From: Octopus sinensis
Taxonomy: Eukaryota
Direction of reading: 5' to 3'
DNA: 64,000 bases
Assembly: GCF_006345805.1 (NCBI RefSeq)
Contig: NC_043009.1
Coordinates: 61,256,001-61,320,000 of the forward strand
The notes under the pieces were generated by a model that made no database searches, had not been told where the DNA came from, and saw only the letters and a list, made by a program, of their open reading frames with translations. This document shows, piece after piece, positions 1 to 11,984 of the stretch. Each line of letters starts with the position of its first letter. Within the stretch, counting starts at the first letter, position 1. A program made the position numbers and the translations under genes.

Positions 1-622
1 TTAGTAATAATGTGCAACTGATAGGGACAATGTCTCTTTCAACACACACACATACACACACACACTTTGAAAGTGAAAGTAGACATGTATCCCAACCATC
101 ACCACATGGGTATGTGTTGGTGGAATACCAGACAAATATCATTGAAATCAGATACATTGGACAATGTAGTCTCTGATATACAAGGAGATGGGGTGGGCAC
201 ATTTGGAACAGCTTTGATCGTAGATCTGCTAGATCAAAGCTGACCTGGGGATAAAGCAAGACCAATTTACATACACCAATATAGATGAAAAATGCAATAA
301 CCAATGAAAACAAAGCTTCTGTGTGTCACATGACCAGTCTAACAATAAGCAATGAAGGCTTCTTAGCAAGCCTCATGACATGGTTTATAACACACAAAGA
401 GAAAACTTCAGTGCCAGTCATATGACCTGACTTATAAACCAGCCAATGGGAGCAAGTATATCAATGTCAATCACATGACCCAACCCCAACAGTAACCATG
501 AAGCCAAGGTTAATGAACTGCTATGTCAGTCACATGACCTCACATGACCTAGCTTATATAGCAGACTGAAGAGTTGGACAATTAAGTTCTGACTAAATAA
601 ATATTTAACTGTTCTATATATT

Positions 623-726
623 GTGGGTATATGGTGTAGTGGTTAAGAGCGCAGGCTACTAACCCCAAGATTCCAAGTTTGATTCCAAGCAGAGACCTGA
701 ACAATAACAATAATAATAATAATAAT

Positions 727-760
<34 letters not shown>

Positions 761-910
761 TCGAAGAATACCTTAGGAATGAGAACCCAGGTTCGAAATT
801 TCCCCAAGACACCTGAAGAAGGCTGGAGGGTATATCAGCCGAAACGTTGTTAACAACAAACAAGATGAGGACAAATATCCATCAAATGTAAATAATGTAA
901 ATAATGTAAA
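623..910 (+). mobile_element. tRNA-derived SINE-like element carrying a hammerhead motif
   Basis: A box TGGTGTAGTGG (632-642), B box GTTTGATTCC (677-686), internal (AAT)n, hammerhead-like core at 813-848, (AATGTAAAT)n tail. Imperfect flanking direct repeat AATATTTAACTG at ~600 and ~909. Confidence 0.75.
808..850 (+). ncRNA. Minimal type-I hammerhead ribozyme motif
   Basis: AC-CTGAAGA-A-GGCTG-(GAGGGTATAT)-CAGCC-GAAA-CG-TT-GT. Canonical core, perfect 5-bp stem II, palindromic AACGTT in stem III. Stem I is only 2 bp in this copy. Confidence 0.65.
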
Positions 911-1051
911 TATTTAACTGGTTTCTGTCAGCCATAGTAAAAACAATAACAACCACCAACACTCTCCTCACAACCATAACTGTCACTACCACCACTGCAA
1001 CAAATATGAATCTCTATGTTTATGTTTATTATATTATTATTATTATTATTA

Positions 1052-1306
1052 TTGAGTGAGAGAGCAGTGCATGCCATCAAAGTGACACTGGGGTCAAATA
1101 TACGAGGCCCAGTATACCCATCATGACTACCTGTCTGATAAGGGTACACCAGGCACATGCATCACAACCAAATGTGCGCGACACGGTGATCTCATGGTGA
1201 TCTCATAAACAGTGCATGACCTTGCAGGTGGGGCCCAGTTAGAAACTTCTTCTGGTCGAGTAGCCCATCCCACTCAAAAGGTCCCTGAATAAGGGTTGTT
1301 TAGGGA

Positions 1307-1308
<2 letters not shown>
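1052..1308. repeat. Unclassified interspersed repeat inserted in (TTA)n, possibly a non-LTR 3' end
   Basis: GC-richer ~250 bp block sharply bounded by (TTA)n on both sides; no ORF support. Confidence 0.35.
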
Positions 1309-1337
<29 letters not shown>

Positions 1338-1382
1338 AGTAGTAGTAGTAGTAGTAGTAGTAGCAGCAGCAGCAGCAGTAGC

Positions 1383-1421
<39 letters not shown>

Positions 1422-1422
<1 letters not shown>

Positions 1423-1866
1423 AGGTGATCAGCTGGTAGAATTGCAAGCACAGCAGACAAAATGCCTAACAGTATTTCATCTATCTCGACTTTCTGAGTT
1501 CAAATTCCACCAAGGTGGACTTTGCCCTTCATCCTTTGCAGGTCAATGAAATACGTAGCAGTTAAATACTAGGGTTGAGTTAATCGACTTACCCCACTCC
1601 ATTAAAATTGCTGGCCTTGAGCCAAAATTCGAAACCACCATAAAGCAGTGAGCTCACAGATACGTTTACCATGCTGGACAAAAATGCTTAGTGGCATTTT
1701 GCCCCATCTTTTATGTTCTGAGTTCAAATATGCTGAGGTTGACTTTGCTTTCGTCTTTTTGAGATCAATAAAATAATAATAAAAACCTATAAAGTACTAA
1801 GATCGATTTTATTGAGTTGCCCCCTCCCCTCAAAATTGATGGCCTTGTGCCAAAATTAGAAAGAAT
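1422..1866 (+). mobile_element. Two tandem Nin/Deu-domain tRNA-SINE copies
   Basis: Each has GGTGAGCTGG..AGAA, TTCTGAGTTCAAATTCC (B box) and GACTTTGCCTTTCATCCTTT, matching younger copies at 54530-54760 and 15575-15791. Confidence 0.75.
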
Positions 1867-1888
1867 TGTTGTTGTCATTATCACCATT

Positions 1889-1920
<32 letters not shown>

Positions 1921-2367
1921 CATTATTATTATTATTATTATTATGTTTTCGATGGTTTTATCTGTTGGTATTTTCTTGTAGTGTTTCTGTTGTTGTTCTT
2001 GTTCTTGTTGTTAGGAAGTGAGAACTGAACAGGTGCATAGAGAAGGAAGAAGAGGAAGAAGAGACGACAAGGAAGAGCTTGTCGTGGCAGGAGGGGGAGT
2101 GTTCAAGAGTCTTGGAGGATTCTTCAGATTGCACAGAGAAATGTTACAGAAGAATATGGATGGATGAATGGATGAGAGGTAGAATACATAAACGCCGCCA
2201 CCCATACTCCATACACACTCATCTCGACAACACTATTACTGGCACTGCCACACACACACACACACACACTTCACCATAACCAAGTATATTACCAGACAGA
2301 CCTCATCACCACGGCAACAGCAGAGGCTTCATGTATGAGCACCGCTAATACAAGAGTTACATCACAT

Positions 2368-2515
2368 ACACAGTCATGGCTCTGTGGTTAAGAAGTCTGC
2401 TTCCTAACCATGTTGTCTTGGGTTCAGTACTACTGCGCAGTACCTTGTACGAGTGACTTCTACTATGGCCTTGTGAGTAGATTTAGGAAACAGAAACTGA
2501 AAGAAGCCCATCATA
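2368..2515 (+). mobile_element. CORE-type tRNA SINE, 5' fragment
   Basis: TGGCTCTGTGGTTAAGAAG..GGTTCAGT..ACCTTG..GAAACTGAAAGAAGCCC, matching the full copy at 57465-57955. Confidence 0.65.
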
Positions 2516-2738
2516 TATATATAAATGATGATGATGATGATGATTGATTGATTGATTGATATATATATATATATATATAATATATATATATATATAACAG
2601 AAATATGTTACAAAAAGAAAATAGAAACTAAACGTGGAAATGTAAGGGGAAAGTAAGAAAAATCAACGAAAATGCACATTGTAAATAAAAACAAAAAGGC
2701 TTTATTTATATATATATATAATATATATATATATATAT

Positions 2739-2803
<65 letters not shown>

Positions 2804-2975
2804 TTGAGGAATATTATTCCAAACTTACAGGGAAAAATTCAATTTAGAAATACTAATTCAAATTTCACAAAATATAATATATATATAAATTAGAAAAAAA
2901 ACACCTTTTATCAATTCAAAATGAAAAATTAAATTACACCATCTAGAAAATTACATATAATAGAAATATTAAATA

Positions 2976-3048
<73 letters not shown>

Positions 3049-3362
3049 GTGGTACAACAAGGCACCAGTGTTTACTGAAAATAGAAGTCAATACATTCAT
3101 GCTGCTATAGTAAAGCTTCAATGTGTATATACTGGCAAAGATATGTGAGGGCAGCGAACATAAAAAAATTTCATCATACCTCTGGGAAGAACATTAGATA
3201 AATGGACAATCCAGAATTGGATAATCTATATATATCCAACTCATGCTAACATGGACAACAGCTGTTAAATGATGATGATATATATATCATCATCATCATC
3301 ATCATCTAATGCTTGAAAAATTAACATGCATGTGGCTGAGTACTCCATAGACACATATACTC

Positions 3363-4094
3363 TTAAACCTTTCATTACCAACCCAGCTGAAACCACTTCT
3401 GTTTCTGAGTACAAATGTCTTGTCTTCAAAAGTTTTGAATTAAAATCCTCCACCTAACATTAGTCACAATTTATGTTCCTAACACTAGCTTAATGATAAC
3501 TAAGTTATTTCACTAAATTCTTTGTTATATTTAAAGTAATTGAAAGAAATACAGAGCATCTCAACAGATATATGGTAACAAAAGGGTTAAAATATATAAT
3601 AGAGAAACCATTCTTAACCCTTTCGTTACCAACCCGGCTGAAACAGCTTCTGGCTCTGTAGTACAAATGTCTTGTTTTCATAAGTTCTGAATTAAAATCT
3701 TCCACCAAACCTTAGTCACAATTTATGTTCCTAACACTAGCTGAATGATAACTAAGTTATTTTACTAAATTCTTTGTTATATTTAAAGTAATTGAAAGAA
3801 ACACAGAGCATCTCAACAGAAATATGGTAACAAAATGGTTAAAATATATAATAGAGAAACCATTCTTAACCCTTTCGTTACCAACCCGGCTGAAACAGCT
3901 TCTGGCTCTGTAATACAAATGTCTTGTTTTCATAAGTTCTGAATTAAAATCTTCCACCAAACCTTAGTCACAATTTATGTTCCTAACACTAGCTGAATGA
4001 TAACTAAGTTATTTTACTAAATTCTTTGTTATATTTAAAGTAATTGAAAGAAACACAGAGCATCTCAACAAAAATATGGTAACAAAAGGATTAA
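3363..4094. mobile_element. Three tandem copies of a TTAA-flanked MITE (family 1)
   Basis: Units 3363-3590, 3614-3842, 3866-4094 (252-bp period). Ends TTAACCCTTTCGTTACC...GGTAACAAAAGGGTTAA. Same family inverted at 28479-28706. Confidence 0.85.
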
Positions 4095-4183
4095 AGTAGT
4101 TCTCAGGGAGATCCAGCAAAGACTGGGAATGAATGACGCTATCATTCATTCCCAGTCTTTGTGAAAACTCCCTGAGAACTACT

Positions 4184-4412
4184 TTAACCCTTTAACATTT
4201 AAACTGGCTATATCCGGTCCAAAGTATTCTGCCTGTTTTATGTTCAAACTGGCCAGATTTGGTCTTTCACACCGACCCTACAATATCGTTTTAAAAATCA
4301 ACAGCTACCTCATCAAAATATCATAGCTCCAAGATAATACCTGATTAGTTCAAGGCAATGTGGATAAAAAAGGATTAATTTTGGCAGAATAATGCAAACA
4401 CTAAAGGGTTAA
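4184..4412. mobile_element. TTAA-flanked MITE (family 2)
   Basis: TTAACCCTTTA...TAAAGGGTTAA termini; related copies at 6527-7488 and 30978-31205. Confidence 0.8.
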
Positions 4413-4585
4413 GACATAATGTGACAAGAGTGGCCACTTGAATTACTCATTTTTGCCAGTGTAGTTGACTGGGGCAACATGAAATGAAGTATCTTGCTCA
4501 AGGGTACAACACATCACCGAGAACCAAACTCATGGTGTTATGACCATGCACCACATACCCTAACAACTGAGCCACACGTCTTCAT
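4413..4585 (-). mobile_element. tRNA SINE 5' part; its 3' part is at 3310-3362 and 4095-4116, split by MITEs
   Basis: Reverse strand has GTGGCTCAGTTGTTAGGG and TGAGCAAGATACTTCATTTC. Flanking pieces match the body of the 60753-61137 family (CCCTGAGAACTAC, GTGTCTATGGAGTACTCAGCCAC). Confidence 0.6.
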
Positions 4586-5076
4586 TTGGGTATAGTAAGG
4601 GGAATGAGGAGGACTGAAGGGTCTTGTAATTCTGTGATGCAGATGATCTAACCATCAGCAATACAAAATTTAGGGAACCAGCCAGCCAGCCAGCCAGCCT
4701 CCTGATCATCAATTAATTTGGTTGACAGTCTTTATTTCATACCAGAGGCTGCTCAGTTAAGTCGTTCCCTGGTGACATAGGCACCACTCAACTTAGATTA
4801 GTTAATTAGTGACTTCAGAGTAAAAGCTAAATGGAATCAGAGATTAGTTAATTAGTAACTTCAGAGTAAAAGCTAAATGGACTCAGGGAATCAGAGATTC
4901 TGGAGATGGACAGTATTCAAGTTAAAGAGCTCTCAGTTGGATGTAGATTCAAAGAGGTTCAAGTTGATGCTTATGTCAGGAAGGAGAAGGTAAAACTTTA
5001 TAACAGAGAGCAAGACTGGAAGTTCCTTTGAGACAATCTGCTGAGGAAAGCAGGCATGATATGATGGTAATGATGA

Positions 5077-5135
5077 TACATACATACGTACATACATACA
5101 TATGTATACACACATATTTATGAATATACATACAC

Positions 5136-5182
<47 letters not shown>

Positions 5183-5183
5183 A

Positions 5184-5221
<38 letters not shown>

Positions 5222-5399
5222 TATTTAACTATCTCTATCTATCTATCTATCTCTTTCACACACACTCTCTCTCTCTATCTATCTATCTATTTGTCTATCT
5301 ATTTAACTATCTCTATCTCTATCTCTTTCACACACACTCTCTCTCTATCTATCTATTTGTCTATCATTCTGTCTATTTATCCATCTATCTATCAATCTC

Positions 5400-5455
<56 letters not shown>

Positions 5456-5469
5456 ACAATCTGTCTGTT

Positions 5470-5503
<34 letters not shown>

Positions 5504-5650
5504 TCTATCTACCTATCTATCAATCGATTTATTTATCTACACACACACACACACACACACACATGCACACTCACACACACACGTGCACACACAAACACAC
5601 ACACACACGTGTGCAGACACACACACAAACACACACATGGAAACACACAT
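5077..5650. repeat. Compound microsatellite (TACA)n/(TCTA)n/(CA)n
   Basis: Directly visible; accounts for ORFs 5102..5677 and 5469..5657. Confidence 0.95.
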
Positions 5651-6472
5651 ACACTAATGGCATACATTGCTTGCTAACCTTCTTGCGGTCATTGACTCTT
5701 TCCTATCTAATTTCCCAAATAAAATAGTAATAATAAATAACAGCATAATTATAGCTTTCTAACTTGCTAAATAGGTTAATATTACTCTCTGCAAATAGAT
5801 ATGAGAGATACAAAAGGCAATTTTAAACATAGGTGTTTTATAAATTACATATAATGGTAAAATAAGAGATATTTCCCCCACTTGGCATTTCTCTATTTTA
5901 CATGGTCATCATCATCATCATCATCATCATCATGTATTGCCTTTAACCTTTCTTCTTCTGGAGGCCTTGAAATCATCCTCAAAAGGCTTAGGTTCCAATT
6001 TTGGGGATTTCAGTGGAGAGGTTTGCCAGCAAGGTGGAATCAAATTGTGTACTAGTTATTATTATTATTATTAAAATCATCATCATCACCATCATTATCA
6101 TCATCATCATCATTATCATCATCGTTATCATCATCCCACCATCAGCACCACCAAAGCAACCATCACCACTACCACCATCATTGTCATCATCATCATCATC
6201 ATCATCATCATCACCACCATCAGCACCACCAAAGCAACCATCACCACTACCACCATCATTGTCATCATCATCATCATCATCATCATCATTATCCATCTAT
6301 TTTCCATTCTGGCAAGGGTCTGACAGCCTCAATGGCATCCAAAGAGACTGAGGACCATGCCTTGCCTCTGATGTCTCAGCTTTAGCAAGGGCTTGAACCC
6401 AGAATGCAAAGAGCCGGAAGACATATAGCAAAATATTTTGTCCAGTGCTCAAATGATTCCACCAATTGACTG

Positions 6473-6514
<42 letters not shown>

Positions 6515-6526
6515 TGATTAGTTTGT

Positions 6527-7488
6527 TTAACCCTTTAACAATCAGATTACTCTATCAAATGCAAAAAGCAAAGGCCCCCTTCATTCGAGAATGACCATGG
6601 GATTGCAACTAGAAAGTTACCCTCCAAGGCACAACTCCGGGCAAGGTTGTTTACGGGAGACCAACAGACGCCCATGCATACCAGCCTCCCCTTCTCCATG
6701 CCAATGATGTTATCTAAGGGAAAGGCAAAGGGGCCAATACAGCTTGGTACCAGTGACGTTGCAACTCATTTCTACAGCTGAGTGAACTGGAGCAATGTGA
6801 AATAAAGTGTCTTGCTCAAGAACATAACACAGAGCCTAGTCTGGGAATTGAACTCACTACCTCATGATTGTGAGCCTGATGCTCTAACCACTGGGCCATA
6901 TATATCCACATTGTTTTTAATTAATCATGCATTATTTTATAGCCTCAAAGTTTTTATGATGTGATCCCTTTTTTTTAGAATGACATGAAAGGGTAGGTGT
7001 GAGAGTCCGGATCTGACTGGGTTAAGCATAAAACAGGTACAATATTTGGGCTAGATACAGCTGGATATGACTGGATATGGCTGGATATGGCTGGACATGC
7101 CTGGATATCACTGGATTTGACTGGATATGGCTGGATACGACTGGATATGGCTAGATATCACTGGATATGCCTGGATATCACTGGATATGGTTGGATATGA
7201 CTGGATATGACTTGATATGGCTGGATATGACTGAATATGGCTAGATATCACTGGATATGCCTGGATATCACTGGATATGACTGAATATAACTGGATATGA
7301 CTTGATATGGCTGGATATGGCTGGACATGCCTGGATATCACTGGATATGGCTGGATATGGTTGGATATGACTTGATATAGCTGGACATGACTGGATGTGG
7401 CTTGATATCACTGGATATGACTGGATATGGCTGGATGTGGCTGGATATGACTGGATATGGCTGGTCAGTTAAAATCCTAAAGATTTAA
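6527..7488. mobile_element. TTAA MITE family 2 with a nested SINE (6568-6900, minus) and an internal minisatellite
   Basis: TTAACCCTTTA at 6527, TAAAGATTTAA at 7478-7488; body matches 30978-31205. Confidence 0.75.
7060..7465. repeat. 10-bp minisatellite (CTGGATATGR)n
   Basis: About 40 in-register 10-bp units. Confidence 0.95.
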
Positions 7489-7557
7489 AACAAGAATAAC
7501 CGCAGACCTTGTTGGAGAATTCAATGCCTAGAAGCTGGGATAATTACATATCTTAAA

Positions 7558-7800
7558 TCTTTTATCCTTTCCTTGTTTCAGTCATTTGATTGTGGCCATA
7601 CTGGAGCACCACCTTGGAGAAATTTAGTTGAATGAATTAACCCAGTAGCTTCTTTTTTGAAATGTGGAACTTATTCTATCATTCTCTTTTGCCAAACCAC
7701 TAAGTCATAGGAATGTCAATACATCATGATTGTGAAACAGTGGTGAGAGGCAAACATAGACACACAAACACACATGTATCTGTATGTATGTATGTATGTA

Positions 7801-7849
<49 letters not shown>

Positions 7850-8063
7850 ATATATATACATGCATGTGTGTGTTTGTGTGTAGTCAATGGGCTTCTTTCA
7901 GTTTCTGCCTACCAAATCCACTTACAAGGCTTTGGTCAGCCTGGGGGCTATAGTAAAAAAAAACAAAAAAACACTTGCCCAAGGTGCCACATGGTGGGAC
8001 TGAACCTGGAACCATGCAGTTGGGTAGCAAACTTTCTACCACACAGCCATGCCTGCACCTATA
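7558..8063 (-). mobile_element. Full CORE-type tRNA SINE with internal microsatellite
   Basis: Reverse complement of the 57465-57955 family: GGCACCTTGGGCAAGTGT core and GGTGCTCCAGTATGGCCACA..TGACTGAAACAAG tail. Confidence 0.8.
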
Positions 8064-8373
8064 CGGCAAATTTAATTGCAACAGCTGCATTTCTGCTTTG
8101 CCATTTGCAATCATCAAGCCATGATGAGCTGATGAAGAACAAAACATACATCTGGTTATTGTGATCAAATTTACATTAACTCTGTGTGTGTGTGTGTGTG
8201 TATGCATCCAAGGGCACATGTCAATGTGTGTAAGTGTGTATGTGCATGTATGTGCATCTGCTTGTGTGTGGATGTCCAAGGCACGTGTGAATGTATGTGG
8301 TGAAGTCCGTTGTAAGAGTGCAGAGAACTTTTGATTTGACAAATAATCTATAATTTGTCTTCCTTCCCTTTGT

Positions 8374-8409
<36 letters not shown>

Positions 8410-8442
8410 ATGTTACACATTCACTTACACACTAATTCGTCT

Positions 8443-8478
<36 letters not shown>

Positions 8479-8528
8479 ACACATACACACATGATGTTAC
8501 ACATTCACTTACACACTAATTCGTCTGT

Positions 8529-8561
<33 letters not shown>

Positions 8562-9529
8562 CATATACACACATGATGTTACACATTCACTTACACACTC
8601 ATTCATCTGTACACACACACACACACGCACGCACATACATACACTGACGTAATGTTACAAGCAGGACCAATTACACACATTCCTACGAATACACACACAC
8701 ACGCATACACAAATGCACACACATACACATACATAAACAAACACACACACACACATACACTGACGTAATGTTACACACAGGACCAGTTACACACATTCCT
8801 ATGAATAAACACACAAACATTCTCTCACACAAACGCATACACACACACACACACATACACATGCATACACACACACACACACATTCATACACAAACAGAA
8901 TCATATGTACACACCCTGACACACCCTTACACACACACACACATACTCAAGTAATTACACAAAGCAATATTGCTGTATGTATGCGCAACAGATGTGATAC
9001 TGGAGAGATAAATTAAATTACTTAATTAGTTCAATAAATTAGTATTGATGGTCACATCGACTCCACCAACATCCTAACCATCGACACCACCGCCCCCTGC
9101 CGACCCCCTCCCAACACAAACATCTTCCTAGTCGACCACTATCTCCATACACCACCACCACCACTTTCTCCCTGCGCTGCCACCACCATCTACAATACTA
9201 AGACCTCTGAGTGAATATGTGTGTGTGTATGTGTGTGTATGTATATATTTGTGTGTGTATATATATATATACACACATACACATACACACACCCACCCAT
9301 ATATATAACATACATATATATATATTCACTTAGAAGCCTATATATACATATATATATATATGTATATACACACATATATATATATACACACGTGTATGTA
9401 TGTATATATACATATATATATATGTATGTATGTGTATATACATATATATATATATGTTTATGTATGTATGAATGTGTATATATACATATATGTGTATGTA
9501 TATATATAAATATGTGTGTGTGTATTATA

Positions 9530-9570
<41 letters not shown>

Positions 9571-9691
9571 GACAGTGTTATAGATGGCAGTGTGATCATG
9601 TAGATACAGACATGGTTATGTTGTTAAGTTTGCTTTGCAACTTTATGGCTTCAGGTTTGTTCCTGGAGAAACTTGAGCAGGTGTCTCAGGT

Positions 9692-9727
<36 letters not shown>

Positions 9728-10318
9728 GAGTGGAATTTGGTGGACAGAAACTGTCAGAAGCACACACAGTCTGAAGCTACCTATCAAGAATCCTTAACAA
9801 CACTTGACCGCTAAGTATTACCACCAAGAGGGCAGTGAGATGGTAGAATCATCAGTGTGTCAAGTAGAATTCTTAGTACCATTTTGTCTGTCATTATGTT
9901 CTGAGTTCAAATTGAGCCAAGGCTGGCTTTGCCATTTGTTGTTTCAGGATTGATTAAATAAATTACCATTTGAGTACTGAGGGGTGGGGGGTGTCAATGT
10001 AATCATCATCATCATCATTATCATTTAATGTCCATTTTCCATGTTGTCGTGTGTTGGACAGTTTGACGAGATCTGATGTGTCCAAAGACTGCATCAGGAT
10101 CCAATGTCTGCTTTCTCATGGCTTTTATACCTGGATGCTCTTCATGGTGTCACACACTTTACAGTGTGGACTGGGTGTGTTTTTTTTTTTCATACCACCT
10201 GCTGACCAAGACGCCTAACAGTCAACAGTCCAGTCTACCTGGCTGTGTAAGTAGACACCACCATAAAGTAGAGTTCCCTGTACTGTATCCATGACTAAAA
10301 CTCTGAATAGTCAACAGT

Positions 10319-10658
10319 CAGTGGCAGACTGGGTCTAAAAATATTGGTTGCCAGGAGACTAAAGGGGCCCACCTGCAACTATAAGGGCACCCACCCGCAA
10401 CTACAAGAAGGCTCTTACTCGCAACTACAATGCTATCATTTAATTTTTTTTTTTTTTGTTAAAAGTATTCTTTTCAACTGTCTTCAAACACAGCCAGGCT
10501 GAAATAATTAATGCATTCTTCCAGGAGTGAATAGAAAATTCTCAAACTTGAGTGGATGGGCCCCTTAGATACTAATATGGGATCCAATATATGAATTCTA
10601 ATGGCACAGGGGCCCACTTGCCATCAGACAAGCTGGCAACCTGGCCAGTCTACCACTG
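10319..10658. mobile_element. hAT-like MITE
   Basis: TIRs CAGTGGCAGACTGG / CCAGTCTACCACTG; inverted paralog at 55169-55459 has an 8-bp TSD. Confidence 0.75.
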
Positions 10659-10844
10659 TGATTAGTCCAGTATAACTAACTGCAACTTGGTACAACATTG
10701 TGGTGTAATTCACTATATTATATCAATGAGTAAGACACCCTAACTGTCAACAGTGTATCCTGCAATTTTAGATTCAATTTCTGGCTATAGCTACTCCATG
10801 CTGGTACCATACTGGTGCCATATAAAAGGCATCTGTGCTGGCAA

Positions 10845-11595
10845 TATACAAAAAACACCCCTGCTGGTGCCACTTAAAAAACACCCCTGCTGATGCCACA
10901 TAAAAAATACCCCTGCTGGTGCCACATAAACACCCCTGCTAGTACCACATAAAAACACCCCTGCTGGTGCCACATAAAAAACACCCCTGCTGGTTCCACA
11001 TAAAAACACCCCTGCTGGTGCCACATAAAAAACACCCCTGCTGGTGCCACATAAACACCCCTGCTAGTACCACATAAAAACACCCCAGCTGATGTCACGT
11101 AAAAAACACCCCTGCTGGTTCCACATAAAAACACCCCTGCTGGTGCCACATAAAAAACACCCCTGCTGGTGCCACATAAAAAATACCCCTGCTGGTGCCA
11201 CATAAAAAACACCCTGCTAGTACCACATAAAAAACACCCCAGCTGATGTCACGTAAAAAACACCCCTGCTGGTGCCACATAAAAAAAACCCCTGCTGGTG
11301 CCACATAAAAAATACCCCTGCTGGTGCCACATAAAAAACACCCTGCTAGTACCACATAAAAAACACCCCTGCTGGTGCCACATAAAAAACACCCCTGCTG
11401 GTGCCACATAAAAAACACCCTGCTAGTACCACATAAAAAATACCCCTGCTAGTACCACATAAAAAATACCCCTGCTAGTACCACATAAAAAACACCCCTG
11501 CTGGTGTCACATGAAAAACACCCCTGCTGGTGCCACATGAAAAACACCCCATGCTGGTGCCACATAAAAAACACCCCTGCTGGTGCCACATAAAT
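10845..11595. repeat. ~25-bp minisatellite (AAAAAACACCCCTGCTGGTGCCACAT)n
   Basis: About 29 units with recurrent variants (TAGTACC, GATGTCACG, GGTTCC). Confidence 0.95.
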
Positions 11596-11712
11596 GTTAC
11601 ATTTATAAATGTTATGGGAGTGACATAAATGTTAAAAAGATACTAATGTTAGATATATAAAGCAATTAATATCAAATATGAAGTACAAAACCATGAACAA
11701 GTTCCTCTTCTG

Positions 11713-11744
<32 letters not shown>

Positions 11745-11749
<5 letters not shown>

Positions 11750-11944
11750 TAATCCAAACAAGAAAACACAAAAAAAACACAACGCGAGGACGTGGAACAA
11801 ATAAAGTATTATTGGACGCTCAGGAAAGAAGGAAAAAAGGAGTTTAACGTTTCGAGTGGAGCTCTTCGTTGGAAACATAGGAGAAGGAAAGATCCAGAGA
11901 AGGGAAGACAGAGGAAAAAAAATCGCCAACGGTACACACGCGGT

Positions 11945-11950
<6 letters not shown>
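11745..11950 (-). mobile_element. Short Penelope-like (pLTR-type) module, family A, with a degenerate hammerhead
   Basis: Flanked by (TA)n; paralog of 20833-21046. Minus-strand GTTT-CCAACGA-A-GAGC-TCC-ACTC-GAAA-CG-TT-AAAC at 11842-11876. Confidence 0.7.

Positions 11951-11984
<34 letters not shown>

Noticed and set aside
2596-2975. Two AT-rich blocks between (TA)n tracts as further hammerhead modules
   Set aside because: Context is similar to the Penelope-like modules, but no core motif is visible on either strand.
4794-4885. ~46-bp direct duplication
   Set aside because: Simple local tandem duplication with no further structure.
5102-5677. 191-aa ORF and the many other YI/HT/CV/LS-rich ORFs
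   Set aside because: Translations of (TCTA)n, (CA)n and (TA)n microsatellites.
5940-6055. Possible minus-strand coding exon
   Set aside because: No polypyrimidine acceptor, weak donor, no recognisable peptide.
6130-6292. Acidic/Gly-rich ORF 5988..6296
   Set aside because: A 78-bp local duplication within (CAT)n/(CAC)n repeats.
10845-11595. CRISPR array
   Set aside because: Contiguous tandem units without unique spacers; eukaryotic context; no cas genes.
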